Below the pieces are notes generated by a model. The model worked only from the letters and a program-made list of their open reading frames with translations, made no database searches and had not been told where the DNA came from. From positions 22,382,001 to 22,446,000 of the forward strand of contig JBHGNT010000006.1 of NCBI GenBank assembly GCA_043228905.1: a stretch of 64,000 nt of DNA. Direction: 5' to 3'. Position numbers and translations under genes: made by a program. Every line of letters begins with the position of its first letter. Position 1 is the first letter of the stretch. Source of the stretch: Azolla caroliniana (lineage: Eukaryota > Plantae > Polypodiophyta). This document shows positions 40,499-53,121 of this stretch, one piece after another.

Positions 40499-43400
40499 AT
40501 GCCCGACGCCCTGAGCCAGTCGAAGGAACTTCCGACTCGGCGATCACTGACCAATCCTTTCCCGATCAATCGAGGGCTTGTCCAATGCAATCCTCGCCAC
40601 CGGACACTCGATCACGAGTGGATTCACCACCAGAGCCCCCGTCGAGCCCTCCGGAGGTCAATCAACCGGAACCAAACCCTTTTCCAGTGCTACCAGAAGA
40701 ACCACAGTACAACATCATGCCGTACCCATACCCACGATATGCCGACGGACCTGATGCGGAGTCACATGTCCGTGCCTTCATATCCACGTGGCAGGCTAAC
40801 CACTCCACGCACCGCCTCACACCGGCCGAAATCGATGCATCGAAGATTGCCGAGTTCACACTCCCTTGAGGGACCGGCCGCACGATGGTACTCTCGTCTT
40901 GAAATAGGAGAGACCCCCACTTTCCAAATCGTGCGCACAAAGTTCCTTGAACTTTTTCATCGCGAGGTGCCTAAACGGGAACTGCTACGGCAATTCTTCT
41001 CTATATGCCAGGAACCGCACGAAACGGTCACCTAGTTCACGATCCGGTTCCAGGACCTCTACAAACAAGTGGTCGATGATGTCTCGGCACAACATATACC
41101 GGACACTTTCCTATCCAGTTTACGAGAGCCTCTACGAACGACTCTCGCACTTACAAATTTCGCCAACCATACTATCGAACAAGTCATAACGCGCGTTCTC
41201 GCCCTCGATCGGAACCAACACGGCACGGCCTTCTCGATGACATCCTTGCAAACCACTCTTCCCCAAGAGGACAATCGCTTTCGCCAAGCTCTCCAATGCA
41301 TTGCGTGTTCAGGATCAGGGCACCTGGCCCTCGAATGTCCCCACCGACCACAGTGTCCGATCTGTCAGTCTCGAGCTCACACGGTCGAGCAATGCGAATA
41401 TAATATGCTGAACCGCACAACGGCAGCACCAGTCCGCCAGATCGAGCCACGCAATACATACTCTCGGCAGGACAAGCGATACATCTACCGCGACCAGGAT
41501 AAGAACCAACCGCGATCCCCGGATCGATGGCACCGAAACGATGACTACCAACGTGATAATCGCCGTGATTATGATCGCGATGACCAGCACGACGATTATG
41601 CTCGGTACGATGACGATCGCGATGATCGGTATGACCGAAGGAACTCACGCATGGATCGGCGAAACGGCAATCGTAACACACGCAACAACAGAAGACCTAA
41701 TCACAACCGCCGACGGGACGCTCCTCAACAGGACCAACGCAACTCCAACACACCTCGGAACAACCCTTCACTAAACGAGACTGAGGATCCACAACAACAG
41801 CTTCCACACACAGATCGAGTAGACACCAACAGCTCGGCCAACGTGACATGTTTTAAATGTAACCAACCAGGCCACTACGCCACGCAATGTCCGACAACCA
41901 ACCGTGGCAAGGCACCCGCGGTAAACAGTATCATGGCCGATGTGCAAACGGTCACTACCCGAAGTAAAGCACAACCTACTCAGTGGCAAATCCAGGATGA
42001 AGTACGACAAGCAGCAAAAGAATGGGTCGACACGGCCAATAAAAATAATGCCGCACGCATGCAAACTGACATGAGGGACGGGCCCAGTGAAGTACCACAC
42101 ACCTCGGCCCCACCCACGTCGTCGGAGGACAACCAACTATGGGATGTGCTTACCAATTCCCGCATCTCGCTGCCCCTACATAAATTGCTACCACTCATGC
42201 CGAGATTTCGGGACACCCTAGCGGCACTACGGGCCAATACTAAGACCGAGACACCACCGGTACACCTCACCGACGCAGGTACCGGTCCACCACTCATGGA
42301 TTCTCAGAACCCAGCCGTGCGAATCATCATTAAGGGACAAGACCTGCAAGGATGCATCATCGACGGCGGGTCCGGTGTAAACGTTATTAGTGAATCAACG
42401 TGTCTCAAATTCGGCCTGAATCAATGGGAACCATGCCCCTTTTGGCTTCGGATGGCCGACACCCGCTCCGTTCGCCCAATTGGTTTAATCCACCATCTCG
42501 ACTTCACACTCGGAGGACACATGTTCACGATCTCGGCCGTCGTGCTACGACTGGAGACACAAGGCGCCTACCCAATGTTACTAGGTCGACCGTGGTTGCG
42601 TACAACGAATATCAAGCAACATTGGCAACGCAACATGATCTCATTCCGGAAAGGGAAGACAAAAGTCTGGATCATCACTGAAGAACGAGTCCCCGTCGCC
42701 CTCAACACTTCGCCGTTATACGCGGAAGGAGTCCATATGCTCGACGGATTGGCCCATACGGAGGTCGATGACTTCCTAGATGATCATCCCACGATCATTC
42801 CTCTCTTCAAAATCAATGCCTTACCAACCATCGAGCCATCTAAAGACGAGGGAGTCACGGAGGAGTCACCAACCCAGGATGAACTCGATGCAACCACAGT
42901 GGCCAAGCTACGTCATGCTCGGGAGGCTTTCGAACGCGAACTCGCCGTTTCACAACGAGTGAAAGCATCAACCCTGGAAACAATAAACCTTGGTTCGGAC
43001 GAGAATCCCCGTACGGTACAAATTGCCAATAATCTACCAACCGGCGAACGAGCATGCCTCGTAAAATTACTCACCGACTACCAGGATGTTTTCGCTTGGT
43101 CTTACACCGATATGAAGGGGCTGGATCCTCAGTACTACCAACATCAAATTCACATCTTGCCCGACACTCGGCCGGTTCAGCAGAGGCGCTACAGGATGAA
43201 CCCCAACTACACCGCTAAAGTCAAAGAGGAAATTGACAAGTTACTCCGAGTGGGCTTCATTCGCCCTGTTAAACGGGCTACATGGTTGAGCCCGATCGTA
43301 GTGGTCCCAAAGAAGAACGGAAACATCCGCGTCTGTGTCGACTATCGGAAGCTTAACGCGGCAACAGTCACCGACGGTTTCCCTCTCCCATTCACGGATA

Positions 43401-45814
43401 GCGTCCTCGACACGGTAGCCGTCCACCAATGCTACAGTTTCCTCGACGAGTTCAGCGGCTATAACCAGATAAGAATGCACCCGGAGGATCAGGAGAAAAC
43501 CGCTTTCGTCACGGAATGGGGTGTGTTTGTAGCAGAAGTGATGATGTTCGGTCTAAAAACAACGCCGGCTACGTTCCAGCGCATCATCACTGAAATCTTT
43601 CATGACTACATTCCGGCGTTCATGGAAGTTTTTCTCGACGATTTCGCCGTGTATGGCCATCAACGGGAACACATGACCCAGTTACGACTCTGCCTGGACC
43701 GATGTCGCCAAGCTCGATTGAGTTTAAACCCGGCGAAATGCGCATTCTTAGTCACCGGCGGCAACCTTCTCGGCCACATTGTTAGTCAAGAAGGCATTGC
43801 TATGGACCCAGATAAAGTAAAGGCAATCCTGGAGGCCACTGCACCCTCGAACGCAAAGGCACTAAGCTGTTTTTTGGGACAGATCCGGTGGCACAACCTA
43901 ATCATACGACACCTGGCCGATTTCGCGACACCCTTACACGCGGCAGTCCATCGCCTTCCTTTCCAATGGACATCAGTCGAGGACACGGCCTATCAAACCC
44001 TCAAACGAATGCTGTCACATGCCCCGGTGGTCCAGTCTCCGGTTTGGTCCGAACCGTTTCATGTCTTCGTGGATGCTTCGGACATCGCCATCGGAAGTGC
44101 GCTAATGCAATGCACACCCCCGAATTGGTATAGGCCCGTATACTACGCCAGCCGACGGCTCTCGCCTGCGGAAAAGAATTACTCCACCACTGAGCAGGAG
44201 GCTCTTGGTATGATTTATAGCATCAATAAATTTCGGCATTATCTCTTGGGCCGAAAGTTTACCTTTCACGTGGATCACTCGGCCCTTCTTTATTTGGTCA
44301 ATAAACAAGCCCTCACCGGCCGGTTGGCTCGATGGATGCTCCTACTACAAGAGTTTGATTTTCAGATTCAGCATCGACCCGGGGTACAACATGTCGTCGC
44401 CGACTACTTGAGCCGTCTTGAGTTAGGAGAACCGGCGAAAACAATGTACGACGAGCTACCAGACGCCAGCCTATTTAACCTGACCTTGGTACCAGACGAT
44501 AACGGAGATGACCCATTTTCTCACTACCGGTGTACCTCCCGAGCACATGACCCTTGACACGAGAAAACGCCTAGCAGTGCGGAGCCGGAATTTTTGCCTC
44601 GTCTCGGACATTCTCTACCACAAAGGCTCGGACGGCATATGGCGCCGAGCGATTCGGCAGTTCGAGAAGAATGCGGTTCTTCAGGAAGCCCACCAGGGAG
44701 TATCTGGGGGACACTACGCCGGGGATTCTACGGCAAGGAAAGTTTGGCAAAGTGGATTATGGTGGCCGACAACAAAGAAAGACGCTCACGAGTTTTGCCG
44801 GCAGTGCGATTTGTGTCAACGTCTGGGGCAACCAATGGAACAATCACGGATACCACACCAGTCGATTCTTCCGTTGGACCCATTTCAAAAATGGGGTTTG
44901 GATTTTGTAGGTCCTTTCAAACCACCCGCGGCCCGAACAGGGAATCGATATATTATCGTGGCCACGGATTACTGCACCAAATGGGTCGAGGCTAAGCCAC
45001 TCCGAGATAACACAGCGGCATCCACGGCTAAATTTGTGTACGAGCACCTCTGGTGCCGTTACGGATGTCCAATCGAGCTCGTTAGTGACCAAGGTGGGCA
45101 CTTCATCAATCATATAATACGTGAGCTTACACACCACTACGCGGTGGTGCACAAGAAAAGCACACCATACTACCCGCAGGCGAACGGTTTGGCAGAATCG
45201 ACAATTAAAATCCTCCAAACCATACTGAAGAAGATCGTCAATGAAAACAGGACCGATTGGGATGACAAACTCCAGAGCGCGCTTTGGGCGTATCGTACGA
45301 CCTTCAAAACAAGCATCCAATCAACCCCCTTTCGAATGGCGTTCGGGTTAGAAGCTGTAATGCCTGTCGAGTTCGAAGTCCCGAGCCTCCGAGTTCAAGT
45401 CAAAGCACGGCTCCCCGAGGCCGAATCCGAACAAAACCAGCTGGAACAACTCCTCAAACTCGGGGAAGATAGGATAGAGAGTATGGCCCAGCTCGAACAC
45501 CGCCAACGGCAACGCAAGGCTTTCGTGGATCGACATCGACACGGGCTGGAGAAGGAGCACACCATCGGCAAACCAGTCCTTCTTTTCCAAACACGACTCG
45601 GGTCAATGCCGAGAAAATTAAGATTTCGGTGGACCGGTCCAACGGGACGTTCCTGCTCGGCACACTCGCCGGCGACACGGTCAAAAGCTGGGCCAATGGG
45701 TTTCGGCTTAGACCATATCGCGGGACTACACCACCCAACCCGTTTACCAAGCCACATGGCACCAACGAGACTCGGGAGATCACCACAGAGGACGCCACGG
45801 GTGCCCCTGAATAA
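40499..45814 (+). pseudogene. gag-pol of gypsy E with a few stops, frameshifts and small deletions
   Basis: Three CCHC knuckles; protease IIDGGSGVN..LLGRPWL; RT RVCVDYRKLN..VFLDDF; RNase H VFVDASD..NYSTTEQE; integrase HxxxxGGH..CDLC, WGLDFVGP and YYPQANGLAE; C-terminal WTGP...ANGFRLRPY. Confidence 0.94.
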
Positions 45815-46347
45815 GGACTCACCCACCTTCTGGAAATTAATAAAAGTAGTAGTAAGTAGGATTAACCATAGTTTAGCCACTGTTTAGCTACACCTACACC
45901 ACCCACCTAGGCACCCCAATTTTAGGAGCACCCCTCGCCACCACTCAGTTAGTACCTATTTAAACTGTTCACACATGCAAACCACATGCAAGGCACACTA
46001 GAAGCACCCCACTCACCTTCAGGACACGTGGTGCTAGTCACTTATTATGGCACCCACGACTCAGAATCTTCAGGATTCGCTGCAGGTACAAAACCCTAGG
46101 AAGAAGTTTCCAAAACCGTTTCCAAAACGCAGCACAGACCATTATCGCTCTCCATCTCCATTGCTCTCAAGATCAGAAACCCCATCTCTCTCTCAACACA
46201 CTAAGCGCTCTTGCTCTCAAGCCCTCTTCCACTCTCATAAACTCTCTGCTGGACTTCCACTTCCTGCTGCTCCTGCGGTCGCTCGCCCTCGCCTCATCAC
46301 TTTGCTTCACGCTTCCACACAGTCGAACCCCGCTTCCATCTCCACTA

Positions 46348-49300
46348 TGCCTCTTACCGCCTCAGCAGAAACCCGCACCTGGCTCCAGGAACGAGGAATG
46401 GGCGGTTATCTGAAGATCATCGATGCCCCCGCGCACCCAGATGCCCAAAATGTGGCGAAACGTATAAGTCCCAAAGCCATCACCAACAACGTGCTTCAGG
46501 CTGTTTTGGACCTGCAATGGGGAGGGGACCATGAGGTCGACATACCCTTGGAATCAAAGATGAAGGCGTACTTCGGGGAGTACTCAGCCACAGGGAAGGC
46601 ATATCGCACGTATGGCGGGCCCAACAAAGCTTTCGGGGAGATTGCGCGTATCTTGATGGAGTATGCGTTTGTGCATACGAACCCAACGAGCATGCCGCAG
46701 AACAAGGCAGCCATCATCATCAGCGCTTATGAAGGAAACAAAATCGATTGGGGAATCATCACAGGTGAAGAACTCCGCGCCGCCAGAGCTTCATTTCAGT
46801 CCGGTAAGAAGATGTTGTCTGTTCTTACCCACTTTTTGATGGTGTTATACCCACCCTCTTCGCTTCCTTCCCCTCGCGCACTCACGTCCCCACCACCACC
46901 ACGAAGGCAGAGAGAGAAATTCGTGGCCATCAGCCACGAAGCCTGGGAAGGAGCCTACATCGCCTTCACCCCCTGCCGCCGACCAGACAACCGCATCTGC
47001 ACCACTACCTGCCCAACCCCAACAAAAAAGGGTAGTTTCAGAGACCTGCCAAGAATGGGAGGGGGAGGTAGCCGCGGAAGACAACACAGCTGATGACGTC
47101 ACCATTCGACAGCCAACGTCACGGCCCTCGGTAACGTCCCCAGGACCTAGCCCACGCCCCAACACACAGCAGGCTGCACCACCACGACCACAGAAAAGGA
47201 AGCAGGCGGAGGAAACAACACTACCGGCCCCGGAACCCCAACCACAGCCAGGCAAAAGAAGACGACTCAACCGCGAGTCCTCGGAAGAACGGAAGGAGCC
47301 ACAACAGGAGCAAGCCTTAGTGGTCAGACAGAGCAACTTGGCTACCACCCCTGCGGAGGCATCGTTGAACCACGGAACGATCGAGCATGGGCAGACAACA
47401 CAGATCTCGGAGGATGAAGTCCTCGGGTATAAGGACCTCCCCGCGGAGGCTTACGAATTTAGTGCGCTCCTCCGCCTTGGTACGTCATTCGAGCTGGTCG
47501 ACTTCCTCGCCAAAGCCCAAGTCGCGGCAGCCGCTCGGATGGCGGAAGAGCACACCGAAACAAAAATGGTTCAACGCGCGCTAATAGGTGAAATTGAGCC
47601 CCAGGAGGACAGGGCTTTACAAAAAATCGGGAGGAAGAAGCAGGCAAAACAGGCCACTCTCCTCATGGAGGTCCCCGAGTTGAACACGGCCCTTATCGAG
47701 GCATATCGAGACCTAGATCACACTACGCGGGCAGCCAAAGACATGGCCCGAAAGATAAAAGTAGCCCAAAAACAGGCTAAGATGGCTACAGAGCTATGGC
47801 ACGTTGCGAACCAGAAGTTGGCAGCCTGGGAGCAAAACCGGCTGGAACAACAAGTCCTGAGCCTTCCAGTAACGACTACCGAGGGCCTTCTAGCGCCCCC
47901 ACGCATAACGACCGAGGGCCTTCCAGCGCCCCCACGCATAACGATGATGGATGGAAGCACCATCACCAACTCCATCCTGAAGGTGCAGGCCAGTACACAA
48001 ACGGACTCGTTACAAATGGTTGATGCCTGCACAACAACCGAGGCGGCCACGACCGTGGAGCAACCCAAACTAACCGCACTAACCAAGGAGGTGGCAACCC
48101 AGACAGAACCCCCGCTCCGGGATTACCGTGCGGAGCTTAAAGAAGAGCAACGGCGAACCGAGAGACACGAGCAACGACATCAAGAGGCGATGGCTCGCCT
48201 CAAAGAAGAAGCTTCCAAGCAGATGGCCGAGATAAGAGCCCAGGCCAACCAAAGGATACACGAGCAACACGAAGCATTGGGCCGGGTACAAGCGCAAGCC
48301 GCGGCCAAGGAAGCCGAACTCAAAAGCAAGCTGGAGGAATACGCAGCCACAGTAGTGAAGAAAGAGACGGAGGTTCTAGACAATGCCCACGACTGGAACC
48401 AGCGGCAGGAGGAAAGAAATCGCGAACGGGAGGAGAGGATGAACGGGGAGAATGCCGAGCTGTAGAGTCAGCGTACGACCCTTAAAGAGATGGCTGATGA
48501 GTTTTTCATCAAGTGCAAGCTACTTTCCGAGCAAAAAGAGGCCTTATCAGATTCCTACTTCGCCCTACAAGAAGAGAAAATCGTCGAACGGGAACAAATC
48601 CGGGCCACGTGTTAGAAAGAACGGGAGCAGGCCACTGAAGAACTCACGAAGCGTTACGAGCAGGCTCTCCAGCTCGTAACCGCGGATGCAAAGAACAGTC
48701 AGACCATCTATGAGCTAAAGACACAGAAGATTCAGGCCGAGGTCGACGGCTTAAAACAAGAATTAGCACCCATCCGAGCACAGCCCGGCATGGATGAGAC
48801 ACGCATCCGCATACTGCTCGAGAAACAGCGCCAACACCTTACCAAAAAGGTCGAGGAAACATTAAGTCGCGCAGGAGACGAATGGGCAGCCCAAGCTGCC
48901 GAATTGCATATTTTACGCGCCGACGCCGAGAACCGACGGAAGGAGGGCCGCGACTTCTACAAAATGGACGAAGCCAGCATTCAAAATCTGCGTGCAGATT
49001 TAACCGAGGATTACCAGTCCTTGGCAAAATCTCACACCGCGGCAATCGAGCAAATAATGGAGGACTTCAATGATGGTCAGATGTTGTTTCGCCTGGAAGC
49101 AGAAGCCTTCGAACGAGAACGACTCGCTGCCATCCCCACCAGTCCTCCAACGGCCACAGAGCAGAAAGAAGAACCTCCCAGCGAGGAGATCACAGACACG
49201 GCACAGGAGGAACTTGCTCCGGCCAACGGACATCCCATGGACGTCCACACGGTACCAGAGCCTGTCGAAGGAGAGGCCAGCGCCCACGAACCCACACCCC

Positions 49301-49452
49301 CACCAGAAGAATCGGTCGCACCCGAGGCGGACGCCCGAGAAGATATGCCACCCTCGGACCAAACTCAACCCCCCCCACCAACAATCCAACCAGACCACCC
49401 TGCCGCCACCCCGGACCCCGAAAGCATCCTCGACATCTTAAAGGAGGAATGA
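46348..49452 (+). pseudogene. Extra ~1030-codon ORF of gypsy E: globular N-terminus, Pro-rich linker, long coiled coil, acidic/Pro-rich tail
   Basis: ORF pieces 46047-47093, 47320-48465 and 48790-49452 join into one reading frame after one frameshift (~46950) and two in-frame TAG codons (48463, 48613). The start at MPLTAS (46348) is a guess. Confidence 0.75.
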
Positions 49453-49461
49453 AACGAGGAT

Positions 49462-49548
49462 CACGCCTAAAAGGCCATTTTTGTAATATTGTTAGTATTT
49501 TGAAGGTCGTGGGTCCGACGGACAAGGTCCTGTCCCACGGGCGTGCCA
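49462..49548 (+). other. tRNA-like sequence ending in CCA at the position normally held by the polypurine tract of gypsy E
   Basis: CACGCCT (49462-49468) can pair with GGGCGTG (49539-49545), followed by CCA. A GTGGG/CCCAC stem opens with a TCCGA T-loop-like motif. The last 11 nt are the exact reverse complement of the PBS. The sequence ends 2 nt before the 3' LTR. Confidence 0.65.
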
Positions 49549-50009
49549 TGTGTTGTCCAGAGGACAGAAATGTAAAATTAGGAAATTAGCAAACGCCGAG
49601 TCCGAGTATCACGGGCCACCAAGGGCTCGGCTGTGTGGAAGGGGAAAAGTTATTTAAACGAGGAACAGTACCTCAAAAAGGGAGAGAAGAAAATTATAGA
49701 TGGAAGCACTAGCTTAGTCATTCGAATTAGATAAACTTGTAAGGTCACCGGCCATAGGCCGTGTTCTGTAATCCTTTCGGCCATAGTAATACATCTTATT
49801 TGTGCCTATTTTGGTTGCATGATTCTGTGTTTCGATCTATACCTATGAGTTTCACGTCGCCACGTCTGTCCAAACCTCGCTAGTGTTTTCTCTCTGAACC
49901 CTGTATCTCTCTCGATGCTTCTGTACGAGCCTTCACGTACCACGCCCTTGAAGACCGATAGTCACAGATCTATCGAAGGTGTTCGCCCAAAGGAACGGGT
50001 AACACCGGA

Positions 50010-52327
50010 CGACCGTCTATATCCAAAACCGGATTGGTGACAAGGTGTCGGTGCATGAGCTATATTTCGGGTGCAAGCCGAATTTGCGACACCTTCGGAT
50101 GTTCGGTAGCATTGCATATGTGCATGTGCCGGATGAGAAGCGGAAGAAGTTGGATGCAAAGTCGGAGAAATGCATCTGGGTCGGTTACTCGCATGAGTAA
50201 AAGGGGTATAAGTGTTATAACCCCTGGACGAAGCAGGTCCGAGTTAGCCGAGATGTTGAGTTTGATGAGACAACATCATGGTATGCCTTACCAGCTCCGA
50301 CTTCTAACCCCGACCCAATACTGGAGGATGAGGCTAGTGAGCCTCAACCGGTCCAGTTAGAAGACGAAGGGTTCGAGACTCTAGATGTGAGTCCGGAATC
50401 GTTTCGGTTGAGCGGGCCAAACGAGCGGCTAAGTCAGGATGACCAGTCGGATGAGGAACCGACGAGTAGTGGAGACTCTGTCGTGCTCTCCCCGCACATG
50501 GAACTGAGGAGACGGTTCACACGCAAAGAGAAGGGGAAGAAGAAGATGATGGAATACGAAACTGACAACGTTGAGTTGGATCGAAGCGAATCCGACTTCG
50601 GAAAGGATGAAGGCGGATCTTCGAGAGCGAAGTCTGAACTGGCCAAGAAGGGCCTCAAACCGGGTAACAATAAGATACGTCGGTCTTTCCACCAGAAGAA
50701 CCTCGTGAAGCAGTACGGGTACAATGAGTACATGGCACATCATTATGCGTACATGACCAAGGTGGCGGAAGTGCGTGAACCGGAGAGCTACGCAGAAGCG
50801 GCAAAGGACGCAAATTGGCGTGCCGCCATGGAGGAAGAAATGTGGGCACTTGATGCCAACGACACATGGGACCTAGTTGACCCTCCTCGACACTATAAAC
50901 CGATCATATGTAAGTGGGTGTACAAAGTAAAGTACAATGTCGACGGTTCGGTTAACCAGTACAAAGCCCGGTTAGTGGCGAAGGGATACGCGCAGACCCA
51001 TGGAATTGACTACGATGAGACCTTCACTCCAGTAGCGAAGATGACGACGGTTTGTGTGGTGTTGGCGGTTGCTGCGGAAAGGGGGTGGCATCTTCACCAG
51101 ATGGAAGTGAAGAATGCATTTCTTCAAGGCGATCTTGAAGGAGAGGTCTTTATGACCCAACCCCCCGGTTTCCAGTCGGAGATGAACAAGTCGGCGGTAT
51201 GCCAGCTGAAGAAGTCGCTTTATGGCCTGAAGCAAGCCCCCCAAGCTTTGAATGCAAAGATCATGCACCGGTTGCATAAGATGGGGTTTGTGGCCTCCAA
51301 GTCCGACTCTTCGTTGTTCACCCGGCAAGGTCCGGACGGTCCGGTTTGCATCTTGATGTATGTTGATGACCTAGCCATCACCAGACCCGGACTCGATGAA
51401 ATTAGCCGAGTTAAGTCCCAGCTGTCGGACACATTTAAGATCAAGGACCTAGGGGACCTTCACTATTTCCTTGGGATCGAGGTGATACGAACCCCCGACG
51501 ACATATTGCTCTCACAAAGACACTATGTGTTGAATATGTTGTACAAGTTCGACATGACAGAATGCCAACCAATCTCCACACCCTTGGACCAAAACTAGAA
51601 GCTCAGTCCCGACTGAGGACCGGCCTACGATGAGAAGCGGTTCCAACAAATCATCGGAAGCCTTATATATTTGACAATCACCCGACCCGACATCAATTAT
51701 CCGGTTGGCATGATCGACCAATATATGCAGAAGCCGACTGTGGAGCACCTTCTGTGCGTGCATCGAATTTTGCGATATGTGAGCGACACGAAGGACTGGG
51801 GACTGTTATACCGGCATGGTATAACCGAAGAGCTAATCAGCTACACCGATGCCGACTGGGCCGACGATGCATCAAATCGCTGATCCACCTCCGGCTAAAT
51901 GTTTTCCCTTGGTAGCGCGGCTGTTGCGTGGAGCAGCAAAAAGTAGCCAACAGTGGCCCTTTCGAGCACTGAGGCTGAATACCGGGGCGCTATCGTTGCC
52001 ACCTGTGAAGTCATTTGGCTTCGGCGACTGATGCAAGACTTGCGGATCGAGGTGCCGACCCCAATCCGGATCTACTACGACAACATAACCAACATGCAAC
52101 TCACAAAGAACCCCGTATTCCATGCTCGCACAAAGCACATTGAAGTGCACTACCACTTCATGCGTGAGCGTGTCCTGAGCGGCGAAGTCAAACTTCGGTA
52201 TGTTCATACAAATCGGCAAGTTGCCGACATCTTCACCACCGATGTGGTGAAGGGCCTAGAACCGGAAGACGAATCGGGAGCGACCAATTCGGACAAGAGC
52301 TGGAACGAACTAGAGAACACCGATTAA
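50010..52327 (+). pseudogene. Copia D integrase C-terminus, RT and RNase H (disrupted)
   Basis: Resumes the integrase after the E TSD. Motifs KLDAKSEKC, CKWVYKVK, YKARLVAKGY, YVDDLAI, YTDADWA and KHIEVHYHFMRE. Confidence 0.93.
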
Positions 52328-53121
52328 GTTCAACAGAAGGATTCGGAAATCCCAGATCAATTCAAGGCCAAGAGGACGAGAAGGCAACGCAAGTTGACGC
52401 CAACATGAAGGAATCGGCAAATCGGCAAGCGCCAAAGTCACAACAGCGAGGGAGTTGAATTGGGCCTGTTGAGCAGACAAGCCGACCAAGGAGGTCGAGG
52501 TGCGCAAAATCAAAAGGGTCGTGGTAAACGGGACCGGACCGAACGGGGAGCGCGAGCGAGGCGGTGTGACGCCAGAAGGAGACGAGGGGAAGGACCGACT
52601 GCCATGGAGACTGACACTACGATCCGACCTCAAATTGAGCTTGAGGGGGAGTGTTGAGTGGCAAGCTCAACCGGATCCGGATCGACTGAATAAGCCTGAG
52701 CCGGATCGGCATCTGGAAGGATGAGCTGATGAGCAAGTGAGCCGGTTAGCCGGATCCAGTAGTAACCGGAAGCCTAGTAGTAGCCTAGACTACTAGGTAG
52801 TTAATGTCTCATAGTTAGTGTCAGACGCTCGTATGAGAATTGAAGTACATAGTACTTCTATCAGTCCTCTTAGGACTTGTATAAATAGTGATGTTGAGTA
52901 TGTTTTATGTACAAAGAACCATTAATGTTTTGAAATAGATTTATCTTGTTCTACTCTTTCTCTATCTCTCCCGCGTACTGTCAAGCTCTCCATTAAACCT
53001 GTGTTTCTGTGTTCAGTTTTCTATTGCTTCCGCACTCTATTCGTTTCTACAATCTTGATCTAGTTGCAAACTCTTGGGAATGTTAATCCTGATCTAGAAA
53101 CCTAAGTATCTAGTTGCAACA

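Larger units (their letters stand above)
39940..50004 (+). mobile_element. Element E: non-chromoviral Ty3/gypsy (Athila/Tat-like) retrotransposon with a large extra 3' ORF, inserted in the integrase of D
   Basis: TSD CCGGA (39935-39939 / 50005-50009). 454-bp LTRs 39940-40393 and 49551-50004 with ~14 differences (~3%). PBS TGGCACGCCCGGT at 40399-40411. Domain order PR-RT-RH-INT, with no chromodomain or second RNase H seen. Confidence 0.96.
37250..53051 (+). mobile_element. Element D: Ty1/copia retrotransposon (same lineage as B), interrupted by gypsy E
   Basis: TSD ATCTT (37245-37249 / 53052-53056). LTRs 37250-37648 and 52652-53051, roughly 7-8% diverged by eye. PBS TGGTATCAGAGC at 37649-37660. 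PPT GAGGGGGAG to 52651. Confidence 0.96.

Noticed and set aside
49440-49460. Purine-rich run as the PPT of element E
   Set aside because: It lies ~90 nt upstream of the LTR start defined by LTR identity and the TSD, is interrupted by pyrimidines, and overlaps the end of the extra ORF.
49462-49548. A bona fide tRNA gene
   Set aside because: No canonical D-loop/A-box, no 7-nt anticodon loop, an oversized T-loop and a genome-encoded CCA. Reported as tRNA-like only.
30022-52724. Numerous antisense and alternative-frame ORFs of 60-230 aa inside the GC-rich retroelements
   Set aside because: These are shadow ORFs expected from GC-rich coding DNA and show no recognisable motifs.
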